A stretch of DNA of 64,000 bases from Octopus vulgaris (Eukaryota), in NCBI GenBank assembly GCA_951406725.2, contig OX597816.1:153946001-154010000 (forward strand). The letters run 5' to 3'. How positions within the stretch are numbered: the first letter of the stretch is position 1; each line of letters begins with the position of its first letter. Below the pieces are notes generated by a model. It was not told the DNA's origin. It saw nothing but the letters and a program-made list of their open reading frames with translations, and did no database searches. This document shows positions 27,445-39,762 of the stretch, in pieces. Both the position numbers and the translations under genes were made by a program.

Positions 27445-28707
27445 TCCAGGTATTGAAACAAGTTCTAGAATCGGTGTGCCTTAGAGTTAACCTAGAAAAA
27501 CCCAAAGTCTTAATAAGTAGGAAGGCAGACAAATCACAAATTGCTTCAGGTAGATGGCCCTGCTCGATCTGTAGAAAAAGCATAGGTAGAAACTACATAA
27601 GTTTTGAACACATAAGAGGTGCAGCAATATCAGAGGAAGGTTAACAGGGAAAATAGCTTTTGTGTGTGGCAGATGCACAGGTACAATAAACACCGAGAAT
27701 GTACAGAAAATAGACTCCATCAACTGTCAAGGGAGTAAGCTAGAAGTGGTAGGTAGCTTCCATTACCTAGGTGACCTAATTAGTAGTGGAGGTAAATACT
27801 CCAAGAGTGTAGCTGTGAGAATAAGAATAGGTTGGGCAAAGTTCAGAGAGCTCCTACCTCTGCTGGCAACAAAGGGCCTCGCCCTCAGAGTGAAAGGCAG
27901 ATTGTATGATGCCTGTGTGTGAACAGCTATACTACACAGCAGTGAAACATGGGCTGTGACAGCCGAGGACATGCATAGGCTTAAGAGAAATGAAGCCAGT
28001 ATGCTTCGTTGGATGTGCAATGTCAGTGTGCATGTTTGATAGAGTGTAAGCATCTTGCGAGAAAAGTTAGGCGTCAGAAGCATCAGATATGGTGTGCAAG
28101 AGAGACGACTGCACTGGTATGGTCATGTAATGTGTATGGACGTGGGCAGCCGTGTAAAGAAGTGTTGTTCTCTAACTGTAGAGGGAACCTGTGGTAAAGG
28201 TAGGCCCAGGAAGACATGGGACGTGGTGGTGAAGCATGGTCTTTGAACTTTGGGCCTCACAGAGGCAATGACTAGTGACCAGACCTTTGGCGATATGCTG
28301 TGCTTGAGAAGACCCATCAAACCAAATGGTATCATAGTTGTGGCTGATGCTGGTGGTTCATAAAAAGCTCCTTTTAAGTGTTGGGCCTCACAGAGGCAAT
28401 TACCAAGACTTTGGGCATTATGTTGTGCTTGAGAAGACCCATCAAGCCAAGTAAAATCACAGTCATGGCAGATATCAGTGTCATGCAAATTACACCCATG
28501 CCAGTGGCACATAAAAGCACTCATTACACTTTCAGAGTGGTTGGTGTTAGGAAGGGCATCCAGCCATAGAATGTATACCAAAGTCTGGTGCAGCCTTCTA
28601 GCTCACCAGCCCTGGTCAAACTGTCCAACTCACGCCAGAATGGACAATGGATGCTAAATGGTGGTGGTGGTGATGGTGATGGTGATGATGATGATAATGA
28701 TTATGAT
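27445..28707 (+). mobile_element. 5'-truncated RTE-type LINE (RT C-terminus with Cys-rich insert, 3' UTR, (ATG/GTG)n tail)
   Basis: Frameshifted GRWPCSICRK..., MCGRC...LEVVGSFHYLG...RIRIGWAKFRELLPLL...RLYDACV, RRLHWYGHV, GRPRKTW. Family 3' UTR (gagtggttggtgttaggaagggcatccagc) and trinucleotide tail. Confidence 0.88.
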
Positions 28708-29896
28708 GAAGAACAGAATGAAATAGTACAGTTTCAAGTGCTATATAATTCCACATAAATTTACTATTGACTAATAGAAAGAGAGAGACAGACTGACGAG
28801 GAGATATAGATATAGTTGTGTAGATACTCAATACCAGATGTATATATACATGTGCGTGTGTGAGGGGAGGTGTATAACATTTAAAAAAATGAACAAAATA
28901 TGGTCTCTGCAAGCTGCATTGCAGACTACCAATCCAGGAGAGTAGAAACTTTGAATAAGAACTAATTCTAGATAGAGAAGACTTAATCTTCCTCACATGG
29001 GACAACCTCTGTAGTGCTGATGACATATATGCCTAGTGCACTCTGTAAAATGGTAAGTGACTGGAAGGGCATCTAAGCCTAGGAAACATGATAATGGAAC
29101 ATATGAGCAAGGCATGGCTCTTCGTGTTACATTGCAGGGTACTTATTGAAGAGAGCAGTAACTCAAAATAAGGTTGACTCTCATCCTTATCTCTGGTGCT
29201 TGCATGCCAGATGACAAAGGCCTGTGACTAGGGACAAGACGGTGTGAAACCTGTCCTTGCTTGCATGAAAAGCTGAGCATAAGAAATGTTGATAGTGGTG
29301 GTTGCAGTGCTGGCAACAGCAGTATTATTATTGTTATTATTATAGTAGTAGTAGTATGTGTATGTGTGTCATGTGAGTGAGTGTGTGTGTGTGTGTGAGG
29401 GAGAGAGGGAGAGGTGGGGGAGGTGTGCTAATCAGTATAAAAAATGTCATTGTTTATTAGGAATCCTAGAGCTTCATTTTTAACTCCTAGCAATAAACCT
29501 GCAATGACGATATAAGTGAGATAAGATCAATTTAACTGAACTAACACAACTACAGTGAAAATAATTTGCATACTCATTCAGATCATCATAAAATTATTTA
29601 TTTATTATTCGCTAAAACCAAATTATTTGATCATGTGATGAATTTTTATTTTTGTTTCACATCCAGTTACCCAAGGATTCAAAGTATAGTTATGCTCAAT
29701 ATTGGTTTTAGAATATTTTCACTATTTTACGTGTATTTTTTGATCAAATAAATCATACTAGCTTTGCATTACAATTGCAAACTTGTTTGCCTTCCTTGTA
29801 GCAAGATCCAAATGGGAAGTGAATCACCATAGAAAACCACAGGCTTTTCAAAATAATTAGATAATTTTCCTAGAAATTTGATGAAACTCTTCCCAA

Positions 29897-30118
29897 TTTA
29901 TTTACATTTGATGGATATTTATCCTCATCTTGTTTGTTGTTAACACAACGTTTCGGCTGATATACCCTCCAGCCTTCATCAGGTGTCTTGTGGAAATTTC
30001 AAACCTGGGTTCTCATTCCTAAGGTTTTTTTAAATGCTGTTGTTGTTGTCACTACCTGGAATCGAACTAGGTATCTTGGGGCTAGTAGCCTGCGCTCTTA
30101 ACCACTCGCCATATGCCC
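29897..30118 (-). mobile_element. tRNA-derived SINE-like element carrying the hammerhead ribozyme
   Basis: Head GGGCATATGGCGAGTGGTTAAGAGCGCAGGCTACTAGCCCCAAGATACCTAGTTCGATTCCAGG with A-box (TGGCGAGTGG) and B-box (GTTCGATTC), then a (CAA)n linker, the hammerhead and an A-rich end. Confidence 0.7.
29942..29987 (-). ncRNA. Minimal type I hammerhead ribozyme
   Basis: Minus strand reads GACAC-CTGATGA-A-GGCTG-gagggtatat-CAGCC-GAAAC-GTT-GTGTT. Stem I GACAC/GTGTT, core CUGAUGA and GAAA, stem II GGCTG/CAGCC, palindromic loopless stem III (AACGTT), GUU cleavage triplet. Confidence 0.8.
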
Positions 30119-31720
30119 ACGGGTATATGGCGCAGTGCTGATTCCGAGTTCAATGTCTTGTTCACATGCAAAACAATACATTTACAGTGGATATGAATTC
30201 ATGAGCTGAGTGTTTGATACTTTTTTCCATTTGTGTGTGTGTGTGTGTGCACTCACACATTCACTTGTGGATATGAATAGATGGAGATAGGTAGGTCACT
30301 GTGTCTGATAAATAACATGTCTCATAAATACTCAAAGGTAGGTTGATTGATCCCAAGAGTGTTCTTGTTGTAGATCCCTAGTCAGCTGAAACCTATAACA
30401 CTTAAATTCACAGTGTGCAGAAAAATGTTATTGGTATGTTTGTATGCATGGCTTAAAACATTGCAACAACCACCAGATATTTAATTGCTTGCTAAATTAA
30501 TGTTCAAATATAAACAGTCATTAAAGTTTCAAAATTGTTTTCTTATAAGAAAGTAATATTTGAACTGTCAAGATTTGATAGAGCTTGTAGAGTTCTAGCA
30601 GGTCTATGGCAAAGAGGTAGCTAATTAAAATTTAGTCAATTAGTGCTCAACTTGTGGTCATCCTATATTCATCAGTGATGCAGTATGCTGTTCTAAAAAA
30701 GTTTGGACCTTAAATTACAGTACCTTCATTTTGTTATGTTGTGCAGTTCAAACACAAGCACTAACTGGAGCTAAGCAACAAAAATTGTTATATTGTCAAT
30801 TCAGATCATATCAGCCAGATGTATACAGTAACAAAAAATACAATGGCACATGTTTAATGGGGAGTTTTAAGAGCCAGAACAGAGTTTCTTCTTCATGGTG
30901 TGAAGTAAATTTTACAGAGGAGGACAGCATGCCAGTCTATTACATGTAGTAATCTAGTGCCTGTTCTCAGTGCTATGTTAAAAGATACATAACAAAGGTG
31001 TCCTGCATTAGGATCAGCCCTGGGAACACATAATTGGAAAATGAGCATCTTAACTACATGGCCTTGACTGCTGCTTAATAATGATCTCTTAAATTGGCAC
31101 AAGGTTATAAACCTTGGTATTTTGACAGCAATGTTTATGGAGGGAGAGGAGTTGAAAACTTCCCAAAATATACATAGTCAAGTGGAAACAAGCCAACAAA
31201 GAAACCTCTTCATGGTCAGTCAATCTGCTAAAAATAACAACCAAATCATTTCATCTTGCCCTACTATTTTAAAAAAGGACTGGTGCATTAGATAATGTCC
31301 TAATTATATTATGTTTGAATAAGAAGCAAAAAGGTCACAACTGGAATGATTGTGGTTATAGCTTTATTCTAGCAGAGTTAAAGAGTCTAAACAACAACTT
31401 CACTTCTTTATTTTATTACTCTACATACAAAATTCAAGGAGCAATCTGTTTTAGTCTTCTGATTTGTGACATTAATATATATATAAAGACCAACTTTTTG
31501 TTTTAAGGGTATTTTACTAGTTTGTGCAATGAAAACAAAGTGTTATGGTGTGAATGGAATGACTACCCTGTCAGTGTTCATCTTGGGAATAGAACCAGGA
31601 GAGGACTTAGACCCATTGTGGCAGCTGGTCATGTTTCTCAAGTGCCCTGATTATCCAAATAGTTCTCCTCTGCATTTGGAAGTATATGTTAATTGTATAT
31701 ACAGAAAAATTTGTAATCTT

Positions 31721-31863
31721 CATATATATATATATGTGTGTATGTATATGTATGTATATATATATATATATGTGTGTATATGTATGTATATATATGTGTG
31801 TGTATGTATATATATGTATATATATATATATATATGTGTGTGTGTATGTATATGTATATATGT

Positions 31864-31900
<37 letters not shown>
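31721..31900. repeat. Compound (AT)n/(GT)n microsatellite
   Basis: Direct reading. Other (AT)n runs at ~22296-22357, 32017-32056, 37239-37287, 55313-55369 and 57015-57066. Confidence 0.97.
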
Positions 31901-31904
<4 letters not shown>

Positions 31905-32013
31905 TAGAACAAAACCATATTTTGCAAAACAAACTTTCCTTGTTTGTTTTGCAAAATGTGTTTTGTGATTTAATCCTAAATCTGTGTAAATTTGATTTAT
32001 TCCTAATATTTAT

Positions 32014-32061
<48 letters not shown>

Positions 32062-32264
32062 CTTATCACTATTCTCAGCCTTTGAGTCACTTTGTAACTT
32101 CTGCTGATAAAAAATAAAATATATGTGAAGAATATGTGTGTGCACATGCATGTTTGTATGTGTTTGTGTCTTTATTTCTGTTCAATGCTCTACTGCACAT
32201 CAGTCTATTCTTGGACTGTTCCGGTAAGATATCTGTGTTTCTATGACAAGAGATTTCTAGCTTC

Positions 32265-32493
32265 TTAACTCTTTCATTACTGTATTTATTTTGAGATGCT
32301 CTGTGTTTCTTTCAATTATTTTAAATATAGCTAAGAATTTAGTAAAATAACTTTGCTATCATTAAGCTAGTGTTAGGAACATAAGTTGTGATGAAGATTT
32401 GGTGGAAAATTTTAATTCAAAACTTATGAAAACAAGAAATTTATACTAAAGAGCCAGAGCTGGTTTCAGCCAGGTTGGTAATGAAAGGGTTAA
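32265..32493. mobile_element. piggyBac-like MITE with TTAA target-site duplication
   Basis: TTAA-CTCTTTCATTAC ... GTAATGAAAGGG-TTAA; ~221-bp non-coding AT-rich interior. Confidence 0.75.
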
Positions 32494-32715
32494 ATGACTT
32501 TTCTCTATTTCTTGCAAAAGAACATAACCTAGCGGATTCCAAGAGAGATATAGGGGGAGATCAAAGTATCAACTCCAAGATATGAACTCAAGAGCACTAA
32601 GAACCAGAATAAATATCACAAAACATTTTATCCAATACCCTAATGACTCAACTAATTGTGTGTGTGTGCACGTGTGCATGTGTGCAAGATAGGCACATAT
32701 GAAACTAAGCTATAT

Positions 32716-33232
32716 AATTTTTTTTTTTTCAATTCAATTTTTATTGGCTCAAAAAGCAAAAGCAAGGCCATGTAGGGGGACAGGGAGGGTGGTCATACAA
32801 AGAGTTCAGGCCATTTCTGGTCAAAAGAGACTTTGAACCGAGCAGTCGTCGGCATCTTCACTATCTCGCCCGGCAGCTTATTCCACGGATCTGCAACCCA
32901 GACAGAGAAAGCCCCTCTCCTTCAATTGAGATGAAATTGTCATAGAGTTTTTCGGAGTGACCCCGCAGCCCACACTCTGGAGCAGGAGTGAAGAACAGCT
33001 TTTTCGAGAGGTTACACTTTCCGCTTATGATGTTGTGAGCAAGAATGAGATCACCACGGCGTCATCGTTTTTCGGGAGAATAAAGGTCGAGCGTCTTCAG
33101 CCTTTCTTCATAAGACAAATGCTTGAGACCAAGAACCATGCGGGTAGCCAGCTTCTGGACTCTTTCGAGATGATGTATGTCTTTGAGGAGATAAGGAGAA
33201 GAGGCTTGAATCCCGTACTCCAATATGGGTGT
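32716..33232 (-). mobile_element. CR1-type LINE 3' fragment
   Basis: Minus strand encodes LRGHS and GAFSVWVADPWNKL (CR1 C-terminal RGH / FS.RV...WN.L motifs); A-rich tail at 32716. Confidence 0.75.
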
Positions 33233-33465
33233 TTATCTAATTAAGATGAAGATGCCTAATCTTTAAGATTGCACAATAAATCCAGGTAGTCAGTTTTGTG
33301 ATTGTCTGTGAGAATTACACGGATGCAAAAGATGTGCTTCATATGTACCAGATGAATTATGAAATATTTACAAGTTACTTCACAAGACATATGTTTCAGC
33401 CACTATTGAATTAAAGTCATATGCCCAGACAATTTACAGTAGTTATTAGAGGTATATTCATATAT

Positions 33466-33832
33466 ATCGTGGCACTCCATCGATTATGATGATAAGGGTT
33501 CCAGTTGATTGAATCAACGGAACAGCCTGCTCATGAAATTAACGTGCAAGTGGCTGACCACTCCACAGACACGGGGAGATTCAGCTTGACACAATGTGTG
33601 ATAAGGCTGACTCCTTTGAAATACAGGTGCAACAGAAAACAGGAAGAAAGAGTAAGAGAGAAAGTTGTGGTGAAAGAGTACAGCAGGGTTTGCTACCACC
33701 CCCTGCTGGAGCCTTGTGGAGCTTTAGGTGTTTTCACTCAATAAACACTCATAATGCCCAGTCTGGGAATTGAAACCGCGATCCTACGACCGCGAGTCCA
33801 CTGCACTAAACAGTGGGCCATTGCGCTTCCAC
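33466..33832 (-). mobile_element. tRNA-derived SINE, third family
   Basis: Minus head GTGGAAGCGCAATGGCCCACTG...GGTTTCAATTCCCAG (A/B-box-like); CpG-rich relative to its flanks. Confidence 0.65.
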
Positions 33833-35322
33833 AAGAAGTAGTATATTAATTAATCAGAAATAGTCAAGCAGTTACTCTATATGTATCCAGGAAATAAATT
33901 AGAAAGGTAGTGAAAAATGCCTTCAGCATGTTCTACTGAGGGAATGTATATGCGTGTGTGTTTGGTAAACAAGATTATTTCAACATAGAATTATAAATTT
34001 CCTTATGTTCAGTTTAGAACAATAATCACAACTAAAGATAAAAAATTGATTTGGAAATATGAAAAATCTTTATAAAAATTATTTATTGTTGTGTCTTCAG
34101 TTTATGCATGCACATGCACACACACACACACACACACACTGGGTGTACATGTTTGTACATGGATCTGCATATGAATATGTTTTGTGTGTGTATATGTATT
34201 TCAAAGTTGAATTTTCTCACCACAGCAACTAAAAATTTAAACTTTAATTTTAAATTAGTGTATGAACTGCTGTAAAAAGTGCAAACACTTAACTTGGGGA
34301 GAAGCCTCATCTTCGATTACATGAATAAACTCAACAAGTATTGAATACATTTCTCCTTCATTTGTCAATTCAGACACACACACACACATGCACACACAGG
34401 TATTAGAAACTGAAAATTCTTGAATTGTATTCAGAGATCTTATATGTACAAACTATGTATTAAGTACTTTTCATGTATCTGTAAACACAAATGTTCACCA
34501 AATCCATATATAACAGAACGTTTCTCTTTGCTGACATATTCAAAGATTTTCATCATTATTTTGCCCATATGGTAAAAAAAAAACGAAATTATTTTTACAA
34601 AATTTTAATTTATGTAGAAAGAGAAATTTAATGCCCTTCCCAAGAGGTTTTTACATAATTGTAAAGCAAAACAACTCTAAATATGGATCAGGCAAAAATA
34701 ACTTTTGGTCATTATTGTCATCATCATCATCATTACTATAATTACAAATCACAGCTGAAACTAACATCTTGTCCTGCCTGATGTAGGATAGTGTGTGGGA
34801 CATAGCTTTAGGTGAGTTCATTACCCAGGTATTCTCCAACTAATTTCTCTTGGTCTAGTTTTAAAAAAAACATATATCACATGGCTGGAGTGGGTGTGGG
34901 TTTTGTTTCTGTGAGTGAGTGCTGGAAGTTAGTGTAGTGACATTTGAAATTGGATAAACAGACTTAACCTACCTTTCTGTTCATGGAAGAAGTAAAAAGT
35001 AACAAATGGAATAAAAGAGTAAGAACAAAACAGGTTGTTTCTCTCCCTCTCCCTCTAACACACACTTCCCCTCCCTCTCTCATGTACTCTCCCTCTTACT
35101 CACATACTCTTCCTCTCAGTCTTTCCCTCTTTCTCTCTCTCTCTCTCTCTCTCACACATCACACTTTCTCTGGGGGTATACTACAACCAAGTGTCATGGG
35201 AGGTGTTAGGTAACATTGGGAGTATTATTTGCTGCCCATGCAGACAGACATTGTGTGTGTGTGTGAGTATGTGTGTATCTGAAATGCTTTCTTTTCACTA
35301 CCAGTTACAAGATCCTTATGTA

Positions 35323-35379
<57 letters not shown>

Positions 35380-36094
35380 CTTCTCCGAAGGCATTATCCT
35401 TCTAAAATGAAGTACAACGGAATTTTCATCAGGAAATCAATCAGGGGTCATATCTTACTTGACTCTGTGTTTTTGCATTTGTGTATGTACTCATAATCAT
35501 TATTTTGCATCCGCTTTCTATGCTAGTATGGACGGGACAATTTTTTAGTCTGAGTCAGTTTTTATTCAAAATTACAACCCTTCTGGATGTGTCATAGGAC
35601 CACATCTCATTCATATGGTCCATGACCGTATGTGCATATATGCTTACATTTGTGCATCTGTATGTATGTATGTATGTATGTATGTATAGTAGAGCTCACC
35701 ACAAACATTAAGATAATATATCAGAAATTAATTAAAGTATGCGTTGATGTTATAGTTTTCGCCAGACAGTAATTAAGAAACTTTTTTTTTTTAGTGATGT
35801 GATGGACATGGTAAGGAGATAAAAAAAAACGTTTCTTTGCCTTTTTCTTTCCATATCAATTTGAAATCAGGATTTTAAAATGTTCACTTTTTTTGCTGTG
35901 TTTTTTGTTGTCTCATAGTTTTTGGTACTTCCCAGCTTTGGCTCTAGTAAACTTTTCTGTTCTGCACTGACTCCAACACCTACCACTTTCTCATCCTTTC
36001 TCTCTATCTCTCTCTCACACACACGCACACTCTCTCTTCTATTATTTATCTAACTTCCAACTAATTAAATTATATTTTCCCAAAGGCAGCTTAC

Positions 36095-36170
36095 CTGTTA
36101 ATATTGGCACTAAAGAACCACTGGCTAGTCGCTGAGGGAGATGGCCCACCTCATGAATATTACGACACAT
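36095..36170 (-). other. Candidate alternative first exon (MCRNIHEVGHLPQRLASGSLVPILT, phase-1 donor)
   Basis: caaaaATG start context, open frame to a consensus donor CAG|GTAAGC, locally CpG-containing unique sequence preceded by a GA-rich tract. Confidence 0.35.
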
Positions 36171-37235
36171 TTTTGTTCAACTAACTTTCAATCTGTCCAG
36201 ACAATCTCGGTTGCTGAACGTACTTCTTTCTCAATTTTTGTTTTCTTTTACAGACTGCCTTTCTATTTTTTTCATCTCCAATCCTCTCCCACACTTTATC
36301 TTTCTCACTTTCTCTTTAGTTTTCTTTTCTTCAGATATTTGTTTCCCTTTTCAAACACCTCTCTCTCTCTCCCTATCTCTCTCTCTTTTCTCTTATATGC
36401 TCTCCTCTTTTGTATACATTGCCTTTCTCTTCTCTCCTACGCTCACTCCCTCTCATTTTTTTTTTATACTTTCTGTCACTCCCCTTTATACTCTCTCCTC
36501 CTTTCACTCTTATGCCAGATTAATAAAATTTGCAAGTATAAGGGCTTTTTTCTATTTCAGTTTACTAACATCGTTGTTGTTGCTCTTGTTGATGTAGGTG
36601 TGTATCTATGTGTGTTGACTGTGTGTCAGCACGTGTCTTCTTTTCAATCAAGGCAATGTTTTTGACACTTGAAAGTTTTCCATGACGTGTGTGTGTCGGT
36701 ATGGATTTGGATATATGTATGAATATTGTAATTCTTGTTTAGCCCTAGATTAGTTCTGATTAAGCAGGTTTAGGATCAGAGGCATTCTAGTCATAGCCAT
36801 CCCATCTTTTATGAGTACATAGGACTGTATTCTCCAATATGTTCTTCCCTCTTTATCTAACAGTATACTAAAGGGCATTTAGCTGCTGTTTCTAGCTGGT
36901 CAAACAACTAACAAAAAGGCTTCCTTATTAGCTCAGTTTGTCTGTTTGCATGTATGTGTCAGCATGTGTGTGTGTGTGTGTGCCCATTGGGAGTTACTCT
37001 GCCACTTTTCAATTTGGAATTTTGCTTTTCTCTTTTCTCTCTCTCTCTCTCTCTCTTCTCCCTCCCATTCTCTCTCTTTCTCTCTCATTCTCTCCAAGTT
37101 CCTCTGACATACCTACACTCCTTTTTCTTTTTATCTCCTTCTTCACCTCTTTTCCTCATGCTTTCACTCTATAATATTGAGAAATTGTTCTTGTTCTTTT
37201 TGTGCATTACACACTCTCTCTCTCTCTCTCTCTCT

Positions 37236-37301
<66 letters not shown>

Positions 37302-37791
37302 AACTGACAAACCATTACTCACGCACAGACATTCATACATACACTCAGTTGGCGGCGTGTAACAGGATAAAACTGACTGACTTACCATCACCACCGGCTC
37401 CACCACATTTGTTCAAACAGACTAAATTGAGCCAGCGAGGGGGCCTCTGTGTGGTCATTCAGCCTGCTAAAAATAACCAGTCAAATCTCTCAGATTCCAT
37501 CCTACTATCACGGAAAAGGTTAATGTGGGTTTTCAATTCTGTGTACATAGGGAAAAGACAGGATGGTTACAGCCTGTGATCATAGGTCTACTCGATCATG
37601 GCTGACCTGGGGTTAAATAACTAACAGCAAATAAACTAAATTGCACCATAAAGGATTGGTTTAAGTAGACAGGCTTGTCTGTTTAATAACATTAACAATT
37701 GCTGCTCATTGTTGTTATTGCTGGCCTTTGTTTTATTTGGAAACGAGATTGTTTTAACATTTTATTTTTTTCGCTTTCTTTTCCTTACTTG

Positions 37792-37877
<86 letters not shown>

Positions 37878-38513
37878 TATCTGTATCATTGGTGAGTAGA
37901 GAGTTTTGACATTAGTAGTAGTGGCTGTGGTGGTTGTAATCATGGGGATATTGGTAGCTAATTTGTACATGTGGTGTTGGTAGAGGTGTTGAATAGATAA
38001 ATTTGTGTGCCTTGAGAAGATGCAGGTTCTGAGGTTTCAATCTGGGGCCTTCTTCAAATCTTTTACTCCTAACCTAACAGCATTTTAAACTATAAGCTAA
38101 CATCAGAACTACTTAGTACATGGTAGTTCAGCTTAACCACACTCTTCTATCTTTCTAAAAAAACAAACACTTTGGATATCACTATCTTAGAATTCCTTGG
38201 AAAACCATATGGTCAACAGTTGAATGCATTTGATCATAATAAGTATGTTTGATCAAAACTGAGTGGGATTAAACAATAGTAACATTTTAAGCAATGACTG
38301 GAAATACCTATCTACCAGTTTGTCTTTTTGATTGCACCACATAAAAATCACCCAGTATATTCCATAGTAATTGGATTTAGGAAGGACAGCCAGCCATAGA
38401 AATCATGCCAAAGCTGACAGTAAAGCTTAATACAGTCCTCTGGCTTTCCAACTCCTGTCAAACCATCCAACCCATGCCAGCATGGCAAATGGACCTTGAA
38501 TAAGAATAATGTA

Positions 38514-39762
38514 TACTGGATCATCCCATAAATAATGTGGGGGTTTTTTTTTTTGTACTTCTTTTATTTTTCAAAATTAAGATTAACAAAGTCCTTTTTT
38601 TAATCTAAAATATATTCTCCTTCAGTTTCTACAATGCTCTTCCATCTATCTGGTAGACTTGCAAAGCCCCTCTTCCAAAATTCACTTATCCATGACAAGA
38701 AATACTCCTTCACTACTGTTCTGACCTCATCTACAGAATTTATAATTTTTCCATCCAACTGATTTTGAAGACTGCAGAATAAATGATAATCAGATGGGGC
38801 AAATATGGTGGGTCGGGCATCATTTCCCATTCAAAATGCTGCAGCCTTTGAAATATCCTCACTGTATGTAGCCAGGCATTATCTTGATGGAAGAACACCT
38901 TTCGTCTTGAAACTAAAGATGGTCATTTTTCTTCTGGTGTGACTTAAGCTGCTCAAGCTGCTCACTGTAAATCTCCTTTATTATCATTTGGTCTGGGTTT
39001 AAAAGTTCAAAGTGGATTAAACCTTTCATATTCCAACAAACAGATAACAACACCTTATGTGGGTGAAGACCTTCTTTAGCCTGGGGTGCCAGTGTTTCTC
39101 CTTTCTCTGCCCACTGTCTTCATCACTTGACATCTTTATAGAGAACCCATTTCTTGTCAACAGTCACTATTCAGTCCAAAAAAAAGGTTCATTTGTGAGA
39201 CATGACAGCAAAGAAGAACACACATTATTCTCTGTGTGTAATTAAACTTGAAAAGTTTGTGAGAAACCCATTGACCCAATTTGCTGACTTTTGCAATGGC
39301 ATGCAGGTGTCACTGAATGGTTTTTTATGACCAGATCCAGGAGTTACGCTGGAATTTTACTCCACCAGGGTTTGCAGGACGTCCTCATTATGGTCTACAG
39401 ATCTTCCAGGACGAGGCTCATCTTCTAGGCTGTAGTTTCTGTCTTGGAATTTCTTGAACCACCATTAACTCTAGCTTACACTTATTCCTATATACTGCAT
39501 TAATTTTCCTTGCAGTTCCCATTGTGCTGTTGCTTTTATTGAATTCATAGAGCAAAACATTCCAAATTTGCTCCTTTGCCATTTCCATTATAACTTTAAA
39601 AAAATAACTGTTCAAATCAAACTGCACTCTTCAAAGCAAGTTCAAGGTAAAATTACTTCCCACTTTTATAGCAAGTTGATGCAGGTAGTCTATCCTGTCC
39701 CCCTCTGACTTTTAGTTCATGCAGTTGAAGAAACCACATTATTTATGGGGTGGGGGTGTGTA
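38514..39762 (-). mobile_element. Decayed mariner (Mos1/Hsmar-type) DNA transposon with pseudogenised transposase
   Basis: Fragments MEMAKEQIWNVLLYEF... (HTH start) and ...APSDYHLFCSLQNQLDGK...LPDRWKSIVETEGEYI (YSPDLAPSDYHLF-type motif and mariner C-terminus). Imperfect TIRs cccataaataatgtgg / ccacattatttatggg with TA flanks; ~1.25 kb. Confidence 0.88.

Noticed and set aside
30048-30118. Possible tRNA gene
   Set aside because: A and B boxes are present but the acceptor stem does not pair properly, and it is fused to repeat body sequence; it is a SINE head.
31529-32151. Long ORFs rich in YI/CV/HT (and SL/ER-rich ORFs at 12869, 40465, 46378, 50756, 63599)
   Set aside because: They are translations of (AT)n, (GT)n and (CT)n microsatellites, not genes.
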